From Planctomycetota bacterium (GTDB lineage: Bacteria > Planctomycetota > UBA1135 > UBA2386), in contig OZ245006.1 in NCBI GenBank assembly GCA_965223545.1, positions 2,688,001-2,752,000 on the forward strand: DNA of 64,000 nucleotides. The letters are read 5' to 3'. The notes under the pieces were generated by a model. It was not told where the DNA came from and did no database searches. It saw nothing but the letters and a program-made list of their open reading frames with translations. The translations under genes were made by a program, and so were the position numbers. This document shows, piece after piece, positions 46,595 through 55,835 of this stretch (its first letter is position 1; every line of letters begins with the position of its first letter).

Positions 46595-48688
46595 ATGCGC
46601 CCGACCTGCCTGCTCGCCATCCTGCTGTGCTGCGCCCCCCTCGCCGCGCACGGCGGCCAGTTTCCACCGCCACCCTCGCTGCCTCGGGACATCCGGCTGC
46701 CGCCGCCGCCGGCCACCAGTCCGCCAATGCCGAGTGCGCCGTCTCCTTCGGGACCGACCACCCCGCGGCCGACGACGCCGCAGCCGGTGCCACCAGCACC
46801 CACGACGAGGTCACCGGCGCCGCCGACCACCCCGCCGCCGGCTCCGGCGACGACACCCCCGCCGAGTCAGCTCGGCCCGACCACACCGAGACCGCCAGGC
46901 GGCGGCGGGACCGCCGGGCCCGCCCGCCCCACGACCGGCCCGCGCGGCGCACCGCTGCAGGCCGATCCCACCGTCTGGGAGCTGTGGTGGCGCTACAACC
47001 ACCACCGCTTCCTGGACTTGCGCCGCGCGGTGCACGCGCAGCGCACGGCCACCGGCTCGGACGAGTTCTACATGGGTGCGCACCGGCGCCGGCGCGGCCA
47101 CGACAGTCTGCGACCGACCGCGGCGCAGCTGCAGGCCCTTGTGCTGCCGGCACTACGGGACACGCTGCGCTCCGATGTCCGCGACATCGTCTCGGCCAGC
47201 ATCGTCGCCCTCGCCAAGGTCGGCCGCGACCACCGTGACTTCCAGATCCTGCCGCTGATCCGCGCGCAGCTGCGCAGCCGCGACCAGGAGATCCGCGAGA
47301 CGGCCGCCGTCGCGCTGGGCATCGCGCAGTTGCCGGCCGCGGTGGAAGACCTCGTCGCGCTGGCGCGGGACACCGCAAAGGGCCGCGCCCTGTGTGCGCG
47401 CGGCAACGTCGATGACCGCACGCGCGCGTTCGCCTGCTACGGCCTCGGGCTGATGGCCCACGGCGGTGCCGACGGACAGGTGCGTCAGGCGTGTGCCGCG
47501 GCGCTCGGCGAGGTCGTCGAGGAGATCCTGCGCCAGGGCGGCGCCAGCCGCGACCTGCCGGTGGCCGCGATCGGCGCGATGCGTTTGCTGGCGCCGGGCG
47601 AAGGCGCGCGCCGCGACCGCGCCGCCGACACCTGCCTGGCGCAGGCGTGGAAGTTCTACCGCCGCGACCTCGGCCGCGGCTGGCAGCTGGTGCAATCCCA
47701 CGCGTTGACCACGATCGGCGCCCTCCTCGGCCGCGACGGCGACCCGGGCGCGACCTTCAAGGACGCGATCCTCGCCGAGCTGACCGGCGCCCGCGGCCGG
47801 CGGGGCAACGACATCTACCGCGCCGCGGCCTTGGCGCTGGGGCGGATGGCGAAGCCGGCCGAAGAGGACGCGGCACAGGCCAAGTACTCGAAGGGGCTGT
47901 GGACGTACGTGCGCGAAGGCCGCGACGCGCAGGCGCGCTCGTTCTGCTTGATGGCGCTGGGCCAGATCGGCGGGGACGCCAACCGCGACGGACTCCTGCG
48001 CCAGCTGCACGCCGGCAACCGGGTCCTGGTCCAACCCTGGGCCGCGCTGGCGCTGGGCGTGCTCGCGTTCCACACACCGGGGCCGGACGACACGATCGGC
48101 CACGCGCTGCAGCAGCAGCTGGTGCGGGCTTCGAGCCCGGATGCGCAGCGCGCCGTGGCGATCGCCGTGGGTCTGTGCCGCCACCGGCCGGCGGCCGACA
48201 TCGTCACCGAGATGTTGCACCGCTACCGCCAGCGCGACGAGGTCGCGGGATCGCTGTCGACGGCGCTGGCCCTCATGGACCACCGCGACGCCGTGCCGCT
48301 ATTGCAGGCGTTGGTCCACGACTCACTGCGCCGGCCGCTGCTGTTCCGGCAGGCCGCCAGCGCTCTCGGCAAGCTCGGCGACAAGGCGATCACCGACGAG
48401 CTGTTGGCGATGCTGGCCGCGGATGGCGGCCGCAGCGTGGCCCGGCTAGGCGCGGTCGCGAACGCGCTGGGCTACGTCGGCGACCGGCGCACCATCGAAC
48501 CGCTGGTCGCCCTGGCCCGCGACGAGCGCCTGCCCGGCCTGGCACGCGCCTTTGCGGTCGTCGCGCTGGGCAGCGTCGCCGACAAACAAATGCTGCCGTG
48601 GAACGCGCCGCTCGCCGCCGACATCAACTACCGGGCCGCGGTCGGCACGCTGACGAACGGGAGCACGGGGGTGTTGGACGTGTTCTAG
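46595..48688 (+). CDS. Secreted HEAT-repeat protein with Pro/Thr-rich N-terminal linker
   Basis: AAGGAG RBS, signal peptide and P/T-rich stretch. Repeated AA.ALG helical units. Confidence 0.82.
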   Translation: MRPTCLLAILLCCAPLAAHGGQFPPPPSLPRDIRLPPPPATSPPMPSAPSPSGPTTPRPTTPQPVPPAPTTRSPAPPTTPPPAPATTPPPSQLGPTTPRPPGGGGTAGPARPTTGPRGAPLQADPTVWELWWRYNHHRFLDLRRAVHAQRTATGSDEFYMGAHRRRRGHDSLRPTAAQLQALVLPALRDTLRSDVRDIVSASIVALAKVGRDHRDFQILPLIRAQLRSRDQEIRETAAVALGIAQLPAAVEDLVALARDTAKGRALCARGNVDDRTRAFACYGLGLMAHGGADGQVRQACAAALGEVVEEILRQGGASRDLPVAAIGAMRLLAPGEGARRDRAADTCLAQAWKFYRRDLGRGWQLVQSHALTTIGALLGRDGDPGATFKDAILAELTGARGRRGNDIYRAAALALGRMAKPAEEDAAQAKYSKGLWTYVREGRDAQARSFCLMALGQIGGDANRDGLLRQLHAGNRVLVQPWAALALGVLAFHTPGPDDTIGHALQQQLVRASSPDAQRAVAIAVGLCRHRPAADIVTEMLHRYRQRDEVAGSLSTALALMDHRDAVPLLQALVHDSLRRPLLFRQAASALGKLGDKAITDELLAMLAADGGRSVARLGAVANALGYVGDRRTIEPLVALARDERLPGLARAFAVVALGSVADKQMLPWNAPLAADINYRAAVGTLTNGSTGVLDVF

Positions 48689-48714
48689 AGGCGCGATCCC
48701 TCTACAACCACGTC

Positions 48715-49173
48715 ATGACCATCCCGACGCCCCGTTCCGCCGTCGCACTGATTGCACTGGCGTTCGCGGTCTGCGCCTGCAACACCACGCAACCCACCGA
48801 CGCCATGCAAGAGCCCACGGAGGAAGGCATCCTCATCCAGTACCTCGAGATCGTCACCCCCGACGTGAATGCGACGTGCGACGCCCTGGAGCAGACGCAC
48901 GGCGTGCGCTTCGGCGAGCCCGACGCCGGGTTCGGCAACGCCCGCAAGGCGGCGCTCGAAGGCGGCGGACAGATCGGAGTCCGCGCGCCCATGCGCGCGG
49001 ACGAACACCCCGTGGTACGACCGTATCGCCTCGTCGAAGACATCGAAGCCGCAGTGCAAGCGGCCGAGGCGGCGGGTGCTCAGGTCGCGATGCCGCCAAC
49101 GCCGATTCCCGGCCACGGCCAGTTCGCCATCTACATCCAGGGCGGCATCGAGCACGGCCTCTGGAAACACTGA
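48715..49173 (+). CDS. VOC-family protein with lipoprotein-like N-terminus
   Basis: IQYLEIVTPDV, Y.LVEDIEAAV..AEAAG...AMPP..IPGHGQFAIY...G..HGLW. Alternative start 48805. Confidence 0.8.
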   Translation: MTIPTPRSAVALIALAFAVCACNTTQPTDAMQEPTEEGILIQYLEIVTPDVNATCDALEQTHGVRFGEPDAGFGNARKAALEGGGQIGVRAPMRADEHPVVRPYRLVEDIEAAVQAAEAAGAQVAMPPTPIPGHGQFAIYIQGGIEHGLWKH

Positions 49174-49182
49174 GCGAGCCGA

Positions 49183-49935
49183 TCAGCCGAAGAAGCGCGC
49201 CTCGATCCACTCCACCAGCACGCGGTCCCACCGCGTGAGTCGCTCGAGCAGCTCGGGACTGTGCTGGTCGAGGCGGCGCTCCGCGGGGCCGCCGGGCGAG
49301 ACGTTGCGGCTCTTCAGCGGCTTGTAGGTCCGGCCGAGACAGCGCGCGATCTCCTGCATGCTGCGCTCGAAGTGGCCGGCGTGGCCGACGAAGTCGAAGT
49401 AGGTCTCGATGTTGTGCTGGGCGCGCTCTACGTCGGCGGCGCCGATCTCGCCCACCGGGACCCCGGGCGCACTGCCCAGGTAGCGCACGATGCCGTTGTC
49501 GATCTCGGCGATGGCCTCGCGCTCGAACAGCTCCGCCAACCCCGCCCCGGCGTGGATCGCCTCGACGTAGCGGCGCTGCGGCTGCACGCAGGACTCCGGG
49601 TCGAGGCTGCGCACGTAGTTGAACCACGACACGACCCGCGCCGCCGGGTCGCGCACGAACGCCAGGCTGCGGCACGACTCGTGCACGCGCCACTCGGGGC
49701 GAAAGACGAAGTGGCCGTAGATCACCGCGAAGCGCTGCAAGCGCTCGAGCGGCATCGCGCCCGCCTCCTGCAGAGTGCACTGCACGGCACCGGGCACTGC
49801 CACCGGCGCCGGGTAGACGAACAGCACCTCGTCGGCGGCGAAGCTGTCGTGCAAGAAGTGGCGCACCGTCGTGCCCGCGGTCTTCGGGATGTGCACGAAG
49901 AGGTACGGCGGCCGGCGGTCGGTCGACCCGCTCAT
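49183..49935 (-). CDS. Sulfotransferase family 2 protein
   Basis: FVHIPKTAGTT (5'-PSB), YGHF and FVRDPAARVVSWFNY (3'-PB) motifs. Confidence 0.88.
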   Translation of the reverse strand: MSGSTDRRPPYLFVHIPKTAGTTVRHFLHDSFAADEVLFVYPAPVAVPGAVQCTLQEAGAMPLERLQRFAVIYGHFVFRPEWRVHESCRSLAFVRDPAARVVSWFNYVRSLDPESCVQPQRRYVEAIHAGAGLAELFEREAIAEIDNGIVRYLGSAPGVPVGEIGAADVERAQHNIETYFDFVGHAGHFERSMQEIARCLGRTYKPLKSRNVSPGGPAERRLDQHSPELLERLTRWDRVLVEWIEARFFG

Positions 49936-49942
49936 CCGCGGC

Positions 49943-51472
49943 TCACGCCCATTCCAGCAGGGCGCCGGCGAGCGCCGGCACCGGTGCGCCGGTCGGCTCC
50001 CCCGCCTGCGGCCCGCCGCCATGCTCCGCCGCGCCGGCGATATCGAGGTGCAAGAACGGGGTCGGCACGGTGGTGCCCAGCTGGTGGCGATCCAAGCCCG
50101 ACGCGCGCTCCAAGAACGCGAACGGGAACTGGTGGCCCCGCGGCGTCGCCGACGACGGCGCGCTGTTGCACTGCACAGTGGGGCCGCCGTCCGCGCGCGG
50201 CGCGATCATCTCGTAGTCCTCGCGCCGGATGCGCGAGTGCTCGAACGGATCGCCGAGCGCGTCGCCGGCGTCGACCAGCCGCTGCGGCCAGCCGGCCGCC
50301 AGCGCGGCGTCGTTGCCCATGACGCTGCCGTAGTGGCCGTAGGCGCGGATGACGTGGCCGGTCAGCGTCGCGACGCTGCACAGCACCGACGGTCCGCCGT
50401 CCTCGAGACCTTCGCGGAACTCGGCCAGCAGGTCGGCCAGGACCATGCGGCCCTCGGCGTCAGTGTTGCCGACGACCACGTGCACGCCCGCCCGGCTGCG
50501 AATCACCTCATCGGAGACGTAGGCGTCCGCGCCGATGCTGTTGCGGACACAGCCCAACAACGCTGTCGCGCGCAAACCGGGCGGCTGCGCCGCGGCCAGC
50601 AGCCGGAAGAACCCGGCGACGCCGGCCGCGCCGCCCTTGTCGCCCGACATGCCGCGCATCGCACCGCCGACCTTGAGGTCGGCGCCGCCGGTGTCGTAGG
50701 TGACTCCCTTGCCGGCAAAGCAAAAGTGGGTGCCCGATCCGCCGTCGTAGTGCAGGCGCACGATGCGCGGGTGATGTCGCGGCACCGCCAAGCTGGCGCG
50801 GGCGACCGCACCGAGCAGCGGGTACTCCCGGCTGATGGCGGCGGCATCGCGCTCCACCGAGACCTGCACCGCCGAGCCGGAGAACTCGGCCTCACAGCGC
50901 GCCGCGAATCCCTCGGGTGCATGAAACTCCGGATCGCCGGCGGTGAGATCGCGCGCCATCCACCGGCCGGCCTCCAGCGCCGCCGCGCGCGCCAACAGCT
51001 CGGGATCGGCGGCGGCGACGCCGATCTCCGCCAGCTCGCTCGCCGAGCCCCACTGCGGGTGCACCCAGGCGACGTCGGCCGCCGCCGCCGCCGCCACGAC
51101 TAGCGCGCGGGCGAACCGCGGCTCGGCACACACGTCGACATACAGCGCCGGCCGCTTGGCGCCGGCGCGCACCGCGCGCCGCACGCCCAGCACCGCGGCT
51201 TCGGCGTAGCGCCGCACGTCGTCGGTGAAGTGGGACAGAGGGCCGGTCGGCGCCAGCACCATGCGGCCGCCCGGGGCGTCGCCGCAGGCCGCCATCGCGG
51301 TCTGGCCGCGGGGCGGCGCGGGCTCGATCGCCAGCCGCGCCTCCAGCGCGCCACGCACTGCCGGCGACAGGGACACCGCTCCCCAGGGCGCCGGCCCCAC
51401 GAGCACCAGGGCGTCGCAACCCGCCGCGTCGTCGAGCGAACGCAGCACCGGAATCGTCGGGCTCGCACTCAT
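49943..51472 (-). CDS. M17 leucyl aminopeptidase family protein
   Basis: GKGVTYDTGGADLK, M.GDKGG, NTDAEGR, ATLTG and HLDIAG motifs. Confidence 0.92.
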   Translation of the reverse strand: MSASPTIPVLRSLDDAAGCDALVLVGPAPWGAVSLSPAVRGALEARLAIEPAPPRGQTAMAACGDAPGGRMVLAPTGPLSHFTDDVRRYAEAAVLGVRRAVRAGAKRPALYVDVCAEPRFARALVVAAAAAADVAWVHPQWGSASELAEIGVAAADPELLARAAALEAGRWMARDLTAGDPEFHAPEGFAARCEAEFSGSAVQVSVERDAAAISREYPLLGAVARASLAVPRHHPRIVRLHYDGGSGTHFCFAGKGVTYDTGGADLKVGGAMRGMSGDKGGAAGVAGFFRLLAAAQPPGLRATALLGCVRNSIGADAYVSDEVIRSRAGVHVVVGNTDAEGRMVLADLLAEFREGLEDGGPSVLCSVATLTGHVIRAYGHYGSVMGNDAALAAGWPQRLVDAGDALGDPFEHSRIRREDYEMIAPRADGGPTVQCNSAPSSATPRGHQFPFAFLERASGLDRHQLGTTVPTPFLHLDIAGAAEHGGGPQAGEPTGAPVPALAGALLEWA

Positions 51473-51476
51473 CGCT

Positions 51477-51725
51477 TCACTGCCTCCAACCACCCATACC
51501 GTCGAACGGAGTCCGCCCCGCGCTGCCGCGCATCTTCAACGCGACCAGGACGAACAGGCCACCGAGACTCAAGAACGCCGCCGCGACCATGGCCGCCAAC
51601 AGCTGGGGCCAGATCGCGATGGCGAGGCCCACCGCGAGCAACACCACGCCGGGCACGAACACGGTCAACCACGCGCGCGGCCCGGCGGCGCGGTGTAGCA
51701 CGAACTGTCGCATCGAGGGGTCCAT
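51477..51725 (-). CDS. Small two-TM membrane protein
   Basis: Two hydrophobic segments. The stop is 4 nt from the M17 start, and the M17 RBS lies in its 3' end. Confidence 0.65.
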   Translation of the reverse strand: MDPSMRQFVLHRAAGPRAWLTVFVPGVVLLAVGLAIAIWPQLLAAMVAAAFLSLGGLFVLVALKMRGSAGRTPFDGMGGWRQ

Positions 51726-51864
51726 CGGGGCTCTCCGGCCTGCGGTCCTTGGCGCGGGGGGCGTGGGTTTGCGCGGACAACAAGACAGCTTTGCTCCACG
51801 CCCCGCCGCGGTTGCGCGTGACGGTCGAAACCCGGAATATCCGGAACGCTCACCAGCATGGTGC

Positions 51865-51881
51865 CTGGCCCGGCCGGTGCA
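51865..51881 (+). promoter_or_regulatory. Candidate sigma-54 -24/-12 promoter
   Basis: CTGGCCCGGCCGGTGCA has GG-N10-GC spacing and lies in an intergenic region 68 nt upstream of GTG 51949. Confidence 0.4.
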
Positions 51882-51948
51882 AGCGCCTAAAAGCCACGGA
51901 CCGCCGGCAAACCAATCTCGAGGCCCCACCCGGAGACGGCAGAGCGCA

Positions 51949-52485
51949 GTGTTCCACATCACCTTGTTCGGCGGCGGCCAGGGCGAAATGGCGCCCTCCG
52001 GCCTGACCGCTCTGACGCTCTTCGGCGCCACCGAGCTCCGGCGCCCCACCCTCGCCGCCGAGATCCTGCACCTGCGTGCCGAGCGCGAGCAACGCCGCGG
52101 CCTGTGGTCGCGCCTGCTCGGCCAGAACCACAACCTGGCCCTCACCTTCTTCGGCGCCACGGTCCTGGTAGCGCCCACGCTGGTCGAGGAGTACCAGGCG
52201 ATGACCGGCCTGCTGCGCAGCGGCCTGCTGACGCCGGGCGAGTCCCAGGCGCTGATCGATCAGCTCAGCTCGCAGCAGTTCGAGCGCAGCCAATGCCGGA
52301 TGCTCACCGTCTTCGGCACCTGCACGCGGCGGACGCCGAGCGCGGGGCGCGAGCGAAAGGCGTTGGAGGCGGCCGAGAAGGCCGGCACCCTCGGCAACGA
52401 CGTGCGCACCGCCCTCGAAGATCTGATCGCCGCCCCGCCGTCGGCGCGGCTGCGCGGCCTGTCCGCGCTGTGCGCGGTGTCGTAG
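51949..52485 (+). CDS. Hypothetical protein with four T-[LFV]-F-G repeats
   Basis: GGAG RBS and strong GC3 codon bias. Motifs TLFGG, TLFGA, TFFGA and TVFGT. Confidence 0.65.
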   Translation: MFHITLFGGGQGEMAPSGLTALTLFGATELRRPTLAAEILHLRAEREQRRGLWSRLLGQNHNLALTFFGATVLVAPTLVEEYQAMTGLLRSGLLTPGESQALIDQLSSQQFERSQCRMLTVFGTCTRRTPSAGRERKALEAAEKAGTLGNDVRTALEDLIAAPPSARLRGLSALCAVS

Positions 52486-52551
52486 ACCGGCGCGCATCGG
52501 TCGCGGCAGATCGCTGTTGGCTTTTGCCGGCGAACCCGGCACAACCCTTCC

Positions 52552-54318
52552 ATGATCACGGCCGCGTGGATCGGCGCCGGCGTCGGCGCCGGCTTGCTGG
52601 CGTGGTGGGCGGCGCAGCGTGAGCTGCACGGCCGGCGCCCGTTCGGCACCGGCTGCACGCGCACGTGTCCGGCCTGCGGCGCGGCGATCGGCCGCGGCGG
52701 GATGCTGCGGGTGTCGACATCAGCGGGGGCGCTGCTGACCGCGGCGGCGAGCGGGGCCGCGTTCGCCGCCGCGTGGCCTTGGCTGCCCGGCGCGGCCGAT
52801 CCCGGCGCGGCACGGCTGGTCGCACTGCTGTGCTACGGCTTCCTGCTCACCAACTTGCTCGCCGCCTGCATCGTCGATGCGCGCCAACAGATCCTGCCGG
52901 ACGCCTTCACCTATTCGCTGCTCGGCGTCGGTCCGTTGGGCGCCGCGGCGGTGCCGGCGCTGGGAGGCACGTGGAGCATTCCCGGCGCCACCGGTGTCGG
53001 CGAGACGGTGTTGGCGGCGGTACTGGGCGCAGCGGCGGGCAGCGGCGGCCTGCAGGCGATCCGCTGGCTCGGACGCCACGCGTTCCGCACCGAGGCGATG
53101 GGCTTTGGCGACGTCAAGCTGATGGCCGGCTGCGGCGCGTTCATTGGCTGGCAGGGCGCGCTGCTGGCGATTCTGCTCGCCAGCTTGATCGGCGCCGTCT
53201 GGGGTCTGGGCCGGCGGCTGTTCACCGCGTCGCGCTACCTCGCGTTCGGGCCGTTTCTGGCGCTGGGCGCAGTGCTCGCTCTGCTCGGCGGCGACGCGCT
53301 GCGGCGCGCCGTGCTCGAGTCCCACACGAGTCTGTCGGGCGCCAACCCGCAGCTTCTCCTCGGGATCAGCATCGCGCTCATGCTCGCGCTGGTCTGGCTG
53401 GTCTGGAGCGGGCGGGCCAAGCAGCGCGCACCGCGCGCCCACGGTCACATCGCGGCCGCTGCCGAGGCAATGCGCCGGCTGCAGCTCGACCAGCTGTGGG
53501 ACACCGCCCCCGACACCGGCCGCCACCGCGACCTGGTGCGCTACATGATCGCCGTGCGCATGCTCGATCCGGAGGCGGTGATCGCGGACAGCACGCTCTG
53601 GTCCGGCTCCACACTGCCGTTCGTCTTGGGCGTCACCGATGCCGACGCCGACGAGATCGATCCCGCCCTCGGTTGGCTGCTCGCGCAGCGCGACACCGTG
53701 CACCAGCGGTTGTGCGAGCGGCATGCGACGAACACGGCGCGCGGGCGGTGGACCCGGCTGACGGTCGAGACGCCCGTCGCCCCGTGCCCCTTGGCAATGC
53801 GGGGCCACCCGCCGCGCATCGATCCGCCGCGCAGCCTGCACCTCGCGGTGTTGAGCACCGAGCGCGGCTGTCCGCTGGCCGCGTTCGCGCAGGCCACCGG
53901 TAGCGGCGACCGCGGCGCGCTTGACGAGGCGATGCAGAGCTTGGCGCCAGAGCTGCCATCCCCGCCATTCGAGGACGCCGTGGATGGTGCGCGGCATCCG
54001 CTCGGCGCCGCGTTCGCCGGCCTCGCCACGGTCGAAGCCGAGCTGGAGGCCGAGCGCGACCGGCGCGGCGCGGACCGCGACCGCCTCGCCCAGGCGCACC
54101 TGCTGCTGTGCCTGTTGGCGGAGTACGTCCGCTGGCACTTGGATGCCGCGCTCGACGGGGGGTGGAGTGACGCGCGCACCGACCTCGAGGGGTGGCAGGC
54201 GCACCCGGACGACGCGAGCGCCGATGGCATGCGGCCCGACGGATCGCCGACGGCGCGCCAGCAGCAATCGCTCGCGCAAGTGGCGGCGTTGGAATGCGAA
54301 GAAGCGCCGCGACGCTGA
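52552..54318 (+). CDS. A24 prepilin peptidase fused to a ~300-aa unknown C-terminal domain
   Basis: CPAC, IVDARQQILPD, MGFGDVKL and AFGPFL motifs, followed by a soluble extension. Confidence 0.82.
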   Translation: MITAAWIGAGVGAGLLAWWAAQRELHGRRPFGTGCTRTCPACGAAIGRGGMLRVSTSAGALLTAAASGAAFAAAWPWLPGAADPGAARLVALLCYGFLLTNLLAACIVDARQQILPDAFTYSLLGVGPLGAAAVPALGGTWSIPGATGVGETVLAAVLGAAAGSGGLQAIRWLGRHAFRTEAMGFGDVKLMAGCGAFIGWQGALLAILLASLIGAVWGLGRRLFTASRYLAFGPFLALGAVLALLGGDALRRAVLESHTSLSGANPQLLLGISIALMLALVWLVWSGRAKQRAPRAHGHIAAAAEAMRRLQLDQLWDTAPDTGRHRDLVRYMIAVRMLDPEAVIADSTLWSGSTLPFVLGVTDADADEIDPALGWLLAQRDTVHQRLCERHATNTARGRWTRLTVETPVAPCPLAMRGHPPRIDPPRSLHLAVLSTERGCPLAAFAQATGSGDRGALDEAMQSLAPELPSPPFEDAVDGARHPLGAAFAGLATVEAELEAERDRRGADRDRLAQAHLLLCLLAEYVRWHLDAALDGGWSDARTDLEGWQAHPDDASADGMRPDGSPTARQQQSLAQVAALECEEAPRR

Positions 54319-54322
54319 CCGC

Positions 54323-54706
54323 TCACAGCTCCGCCGGCAAGCGACGGAGCGTTCCATGGGCATCGACCGACGCCAACGTCGTGGTCGCCTCCGCCACCAG
54401 CGCGCCGCCCTCGACGAACAGCTCGTAGCTCAAACACAACGAAGCGCGCTTGCGCTCGACCACGCGCGTGCGGATCTCGACGACGTCGTCGTAGCGCGTC
54501 GGACGGCGGTAGCGCACGTGCAGGTCGACGACCTGCAGCAACAAACCGCTGGCCTCCCAGTCGCGATACGACCGGCCGCGCGCGCGGAGCCACTCGGTGC
54601 GCGCTTCTTCGAGCCACGCCACGTAGGCACCGTGGTGCGCGACCCCCATCTGGTCGGTCTCGCAGTAGCGCACGCGCACTCGATGCACGGCTCCGCTGTC
54701 AGTCAT
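54323..54706 (-). CDS. Acyl-CoA thioesterase (YbgC / 4-HBT hotdog family)
   Basis: VRYCETDQMGVAHHGAY..WLEEAR and YRRPTRYDD motifs. Confidence 0.92.
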   Translation of the reverse strand: MTDSGAVHRVRVRYCETDQMGVAHHGAYVAWLEEARTEWLRARGRSYRDWEASGLLLQVVDLHVRYRRPTRYDDVVEIRTRVVERKRASLCLSYELFVEGGALVAEATTTLASVDAHGTLRRLPAEL

Positions 54707-55763
54707 GGCCGGCTCCAGCGCCCGCAGCTCGTTCGGCGGCCCATCGCTCGGCGACGACGAGCGGCGAGACGTCCTCGGCGGCCGCGGCGTCGAGGATCGC
54801 CCCGACGGTGTCGCCGAGCGCGCGCACCCGCGCCTCGTCCGGCGCGGCGCCGTGCAGGTGGAACCACGCGCCCTGCACCAACGCTCCCGCGTTGATGACG
54901 AAGTCCGGCGCCAACAGCACACCGCGCTCGTGCAACCGCTGGGCGATGTCCGCGCCGGCAAGCACGTTGTTCGCCGATCCCGCGATTGCGCGCGCGGGCA
55001 AGGTGCGCGCCAGCGCCTCGGTGAGCACGCCGCCGAGCGCGCACGGGGCAAAGACATCGCACTCGGTGCGCGTGATCTCGTCGACCGACACCGCGACGGC
55101 TCCAGCGGCGGCCAGCGCCGCCGCTCGAGATGGATCGCGGTCCGCCACCCAGACGCGCGCCCCTGCGGCACACAGACGACGGATCAAAGCTCCACCAACC
55201 GCGCCCGCGCCCTGCACCGCCACCCGCGCCCCGTCGAGCGCGCCTTTGCCCAAACGCGCGACTACTGCTTCGATGCCGGCGAACACTCCGAGCGCGGTCG
55301 CCTCCGCCAGATCGCCGGGGCCGCCTTCGCCGGGCAGCGTGACGAACTCGGTGCCGGCCGCCACCGCCAGCAGGTCGCGGTCGGTGGTGCCGACGTCCGG
55401 CCCGGTGTAGTAGCTGCCAGCGAGCCGCGCCACCTCGCGACCGATCAGCCGATAGGCGCCGTCGCGGTCGAGCTGCGCGTGATCGACGAGCACCGTCTTG
55501 CCCCCGCCGCCGGGCACACCGGCGATCGCGCACTTGAGCGTCATCGCCCGCGCCAGGGCCAGCGCGTCCTCGATCGCGCCGCCGAGATCGGGGTAGCTCC
55601 AGCGCCGGATCCCGCCGAACGCGGGCCCGCGGCGGGTGCTGTCGATCGCGATGACCGCGGTGGCACGGGATCGGGGGTCCGTCACGACGTGCAGCCGCTC
55701 GAACGCCGGAAACGCGGCAGAATCGCGGGCGGGGCTCACGGGGCGAGGCGTTTTAATCGCCAC
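54699..55763 (-). CDS. Glu/Leu/Phe/Val dehydrogenase (leucine dehydrogenase-like)
   Basis: GPAFGGIR, MTLK, GGGK, GPDVGT, TALGV, QGAGAVG, PCALGG, GSANN and PDFVINAG motifs. Start may be 55739. Confidence 0.92.
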   Translation of the reverse strand: MAIKTPRPVSPARDSAAFPAFERLHVVTDPRSRATAVIAIDSTRRGPAFGGIRRWSYPDLGGAIEDALALARAMTLKCAIAGVPGGGGKTVLVDHAQLDRDGAYRLIGREVARLAGSYYTGPDVGTTDRDLLAVAAGTEFVTLPGEGGPGDLAEATALGVFAGIEAVVARLGKGALDGARVAVQGAGAVGGALIRRLCAAGARVWVADRDPSRAAALAAAGAVAVSVDEITRTECDVFAPCALGGVLTEALARTLPARAIAGSANNVLAGADIAQRLHERGVLLAPDFVINAGALVQGAWFHLHGAAPDEARVRALGDTVGAILDAAAAEDVSPLVVAERWAAERAAGAGAGHD

Positions 55764-55835
55764 CGCCGGTTTTTGGGAAGCAGATCACTGCCTTCGCCAT
55801 CCAACCGCCCCCGGAACCCCGACCGCCGCCGACTC

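Noticed and set aside
46660..46950. Low-complexity C-rich region
   Set aside because: It is explained by the Pro/Thr-rich linker of the HEAT-repeat protein.
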